Assembly: GCF_002113885.1 (NCBI RefSeq)
Contig: NW_018406814.1
Coordinates: 352,987-416,986, forward strand
DNA from: Mizuhopecten yessoensis
Taxonomy: Eukaryota
Reading direction: 5' to 3'
Length of the DNA stretch: 64,000 nucleotides
A program made the translations under genes and the position numbers. Of this stretch, positions 62,732 through 64,000 are shown one piece after another (the stretch's first letter is position 1; each line of letters opens with the position of its first letter). The notes beneath the pieces were generated by a model, which was not told the DNA's origin, did not search any database, and was given only the letters and a program-made list of their open reading frames with translations.

Positions 62732-64000
62732 ATGGCGTCGTCTGTTGTCAGAAGGAACAAGGCGTACGGGAATCCTATCCGGATCTGCCCCCAGCATCCC
62801 CGGAAGAAGATAGTGAGCGTATGCAACACGTGCGGTGAGCAGTTTGTGTGTCTGTTATGTATCGCCGCCGCCCACACTGGTCACCGCCTTGTGGAGACAG
62901 ACGATTATCTCAATGTCAAGAAAGTGTCGCTATCTGGTCTTCTGGTAGATTCTGAAGCAAAGATTAAAACTGTTGACGAGCGAGTGGAAAAGGTTCAGCA
63001 ATACCGAGCGGACAATAAGAAAATTTTAGAACACACCATTCAAACCGTGGAGAGTAGAGGAACCGAGCTGAAAGCTGAAATTGATAAAATCATAAAAGAT
63101 TTTACTCAACGCTCCAAGGAGGTTGGTGAGAAGAATATGGAGATACTCGAAGCGATTGAGAAGAAGTTGCTTTCACAGCTAACTGATATTACTGCTATAG
63201 TCAACAAATGTAAAAATGCGTTGGCAAATGATAAGAACGCAGATATGGGTTCTTTGGAGAAAAGCCTTCGTATTGAAAATTCACGGCCCTTCAAACCTTT
63301 TCCTGTGTTACAATTACCCAGCCTCATCGCGGAAGAGGATCCTGCAGCTCAGCAGTTAATCCTGTTTGGTTCCATGAATATAAAAGATTGGCGCCTCGAA
63401 ATCTTCGACCCGAATGATGACGATCTCATTTCGGATACCTCAAGTAGCATCACTGGAAAAAGCAAACTGAAGGCAACATCGGTGAAGGCCATTGCGTCCT
63501 TTCGTCACGTGACACAGGGGCGGATCTCGACTGTCGCCCCTACCCTGGACGGGAAGGCGTGGATTGTGAAGGGCGGTGGTTGTGAGGCCGACCTCATGCT
63601 GCAGTCTGGAGATACAAAGCATACGACAGTGGTGGAGTCCTATCTCAATATCCTCGACCTCATGGTGAAAGCGGACTCGACGAAGACTGTGCTTTTGTGT
63701 TCCGACGGAACCATTCGGAACATCCTTCAGACAGGGAAAACCAACACGATGTACCGCACCAAATACCCGGTCACGAGTCTATGCGAGTCTGCAGAGGGTG
63801 GCAATATATGGTTCACCCAGGATGATGGCAAGGTTGTGAAATATTCTCGGGATGGCGAGATCTCGCAAACGATAAATACGGATCCCTCGGGCCGGAAACT
63901 CTTCTCAATGCCAATCCGGGTCCGCGTTAACAGACGTACGGGGGACATGGTGGTCATTGAAGACTCGCTCCCTCGTCATGTCCTCATCATGGACAAAAGG
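62732..64000 (+). CDS. Second RING-less TRIM-like B-box/coiled-coil/NHL-like protein, 3'-truncated by the window end
   Basis: Not in the ORF track because it has no stop in the window. Open frame of 423 codons from aaaATGgcg at 62732: CPQH...CNTC..FVCLLC....HTGH, ENSRPF..FP.LQ, SLCESAEGG, KLFSMPIRVRVNRRTGDMVVIE..PRHV..MD, collinear with 53356-54942. Acceptor tcttttcag at 62693. Confidence 0.88.
   Translation, partial: MASSVVRRNKAYGNPIRICPQHPRKKIVSVCNTCGEQFVCLLCIAAAHTGHRLVETDDYLNVKKVSLSGLLVDSEAKIKTVDERVEKVQQYRADNKKILEHTIQTVESRGTELKAEIDKIIKDFTQRSKEVGEKNMEILEAIEKKLLSQLTDITAIVNKCKNALANDKNADMGSLEKSLRIENSRPFKPFPVLQLPSLIAEEDPAAQQLILFGSMNIKDWRLEIFDPNDDDLISDTSSSITGKSKLKATSVKAIASFRHVTQGRISTVAPTLDGKAWIVKGGGCEADLMLQSGDTKHTTVVESYLNILDLMVKADSTKTVLLCSDGTIRNILQTGKTNTMYRTKYPVTSLCESAEGGNIWFTQDDGKVVKYSRDGEISQTINTDPSGRKLFSMPIRVRVNRRTGDMVVIEDSLPRHVLIMDKR

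Noticed and set aside
63106-63957. Minus-strand ORFs near the window end
   Set aside because: Shadows of the plus-strand TRIM-like CDS starting at 62732.
1-64000. A functional link among HENMT1, the TRIM-NHL-like genes and the transposons as one RNA-defence locus
   Set aside because: They are more than 45 kb apart with unrelated genes between, and this repeat density appears ordinary for a bivalve; the sequence gives no evidence of co-regulation.

Overview
AT-rich (roughly 35% GC) eukaryotic DNA with spliceosomal introns; the repeat repertoire suggests a bivalve mollusc, possibly a scallop (inference). Host genes: a complete 6-exon HENMT1/HEN1 small-RNA 2'-O-methyltransferase (+, 4180-7976); two divergently oriented small basic proteins sharing an IVxRLxRPT motif (-, 21423-22022; +, 37868-39312); a 3-coding-exon, 127-aa putatively secreted protein assembled here from splice sites and not present intact in the ORF track (-, 33105-35390); and two tandem RING-less B-box/coiled-coil/beta-propeller (TRIM2/3/71-like) genes (+, 53356-54942; 62732 to window end). 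Mobile and repetitive DNA: an internally deleted Academ transposon; an apparently intact RTEX-like LINE whose ORF1 and ORF2 are in frame across one TAG; a decayed Hero-type RLE retrotransposon; a 43-bp satellite interleaved with Helentron-type (HINE) 157-bp repeats; several other tandem arrays; tRNA SINEs; MITEs; a Penelope/hammerhead relic; and a nested SINE/Harbinger/LTR complex. Single-N gaps lie at 17533, 45003 and 56270. All calls were made by eye, with no database searches.
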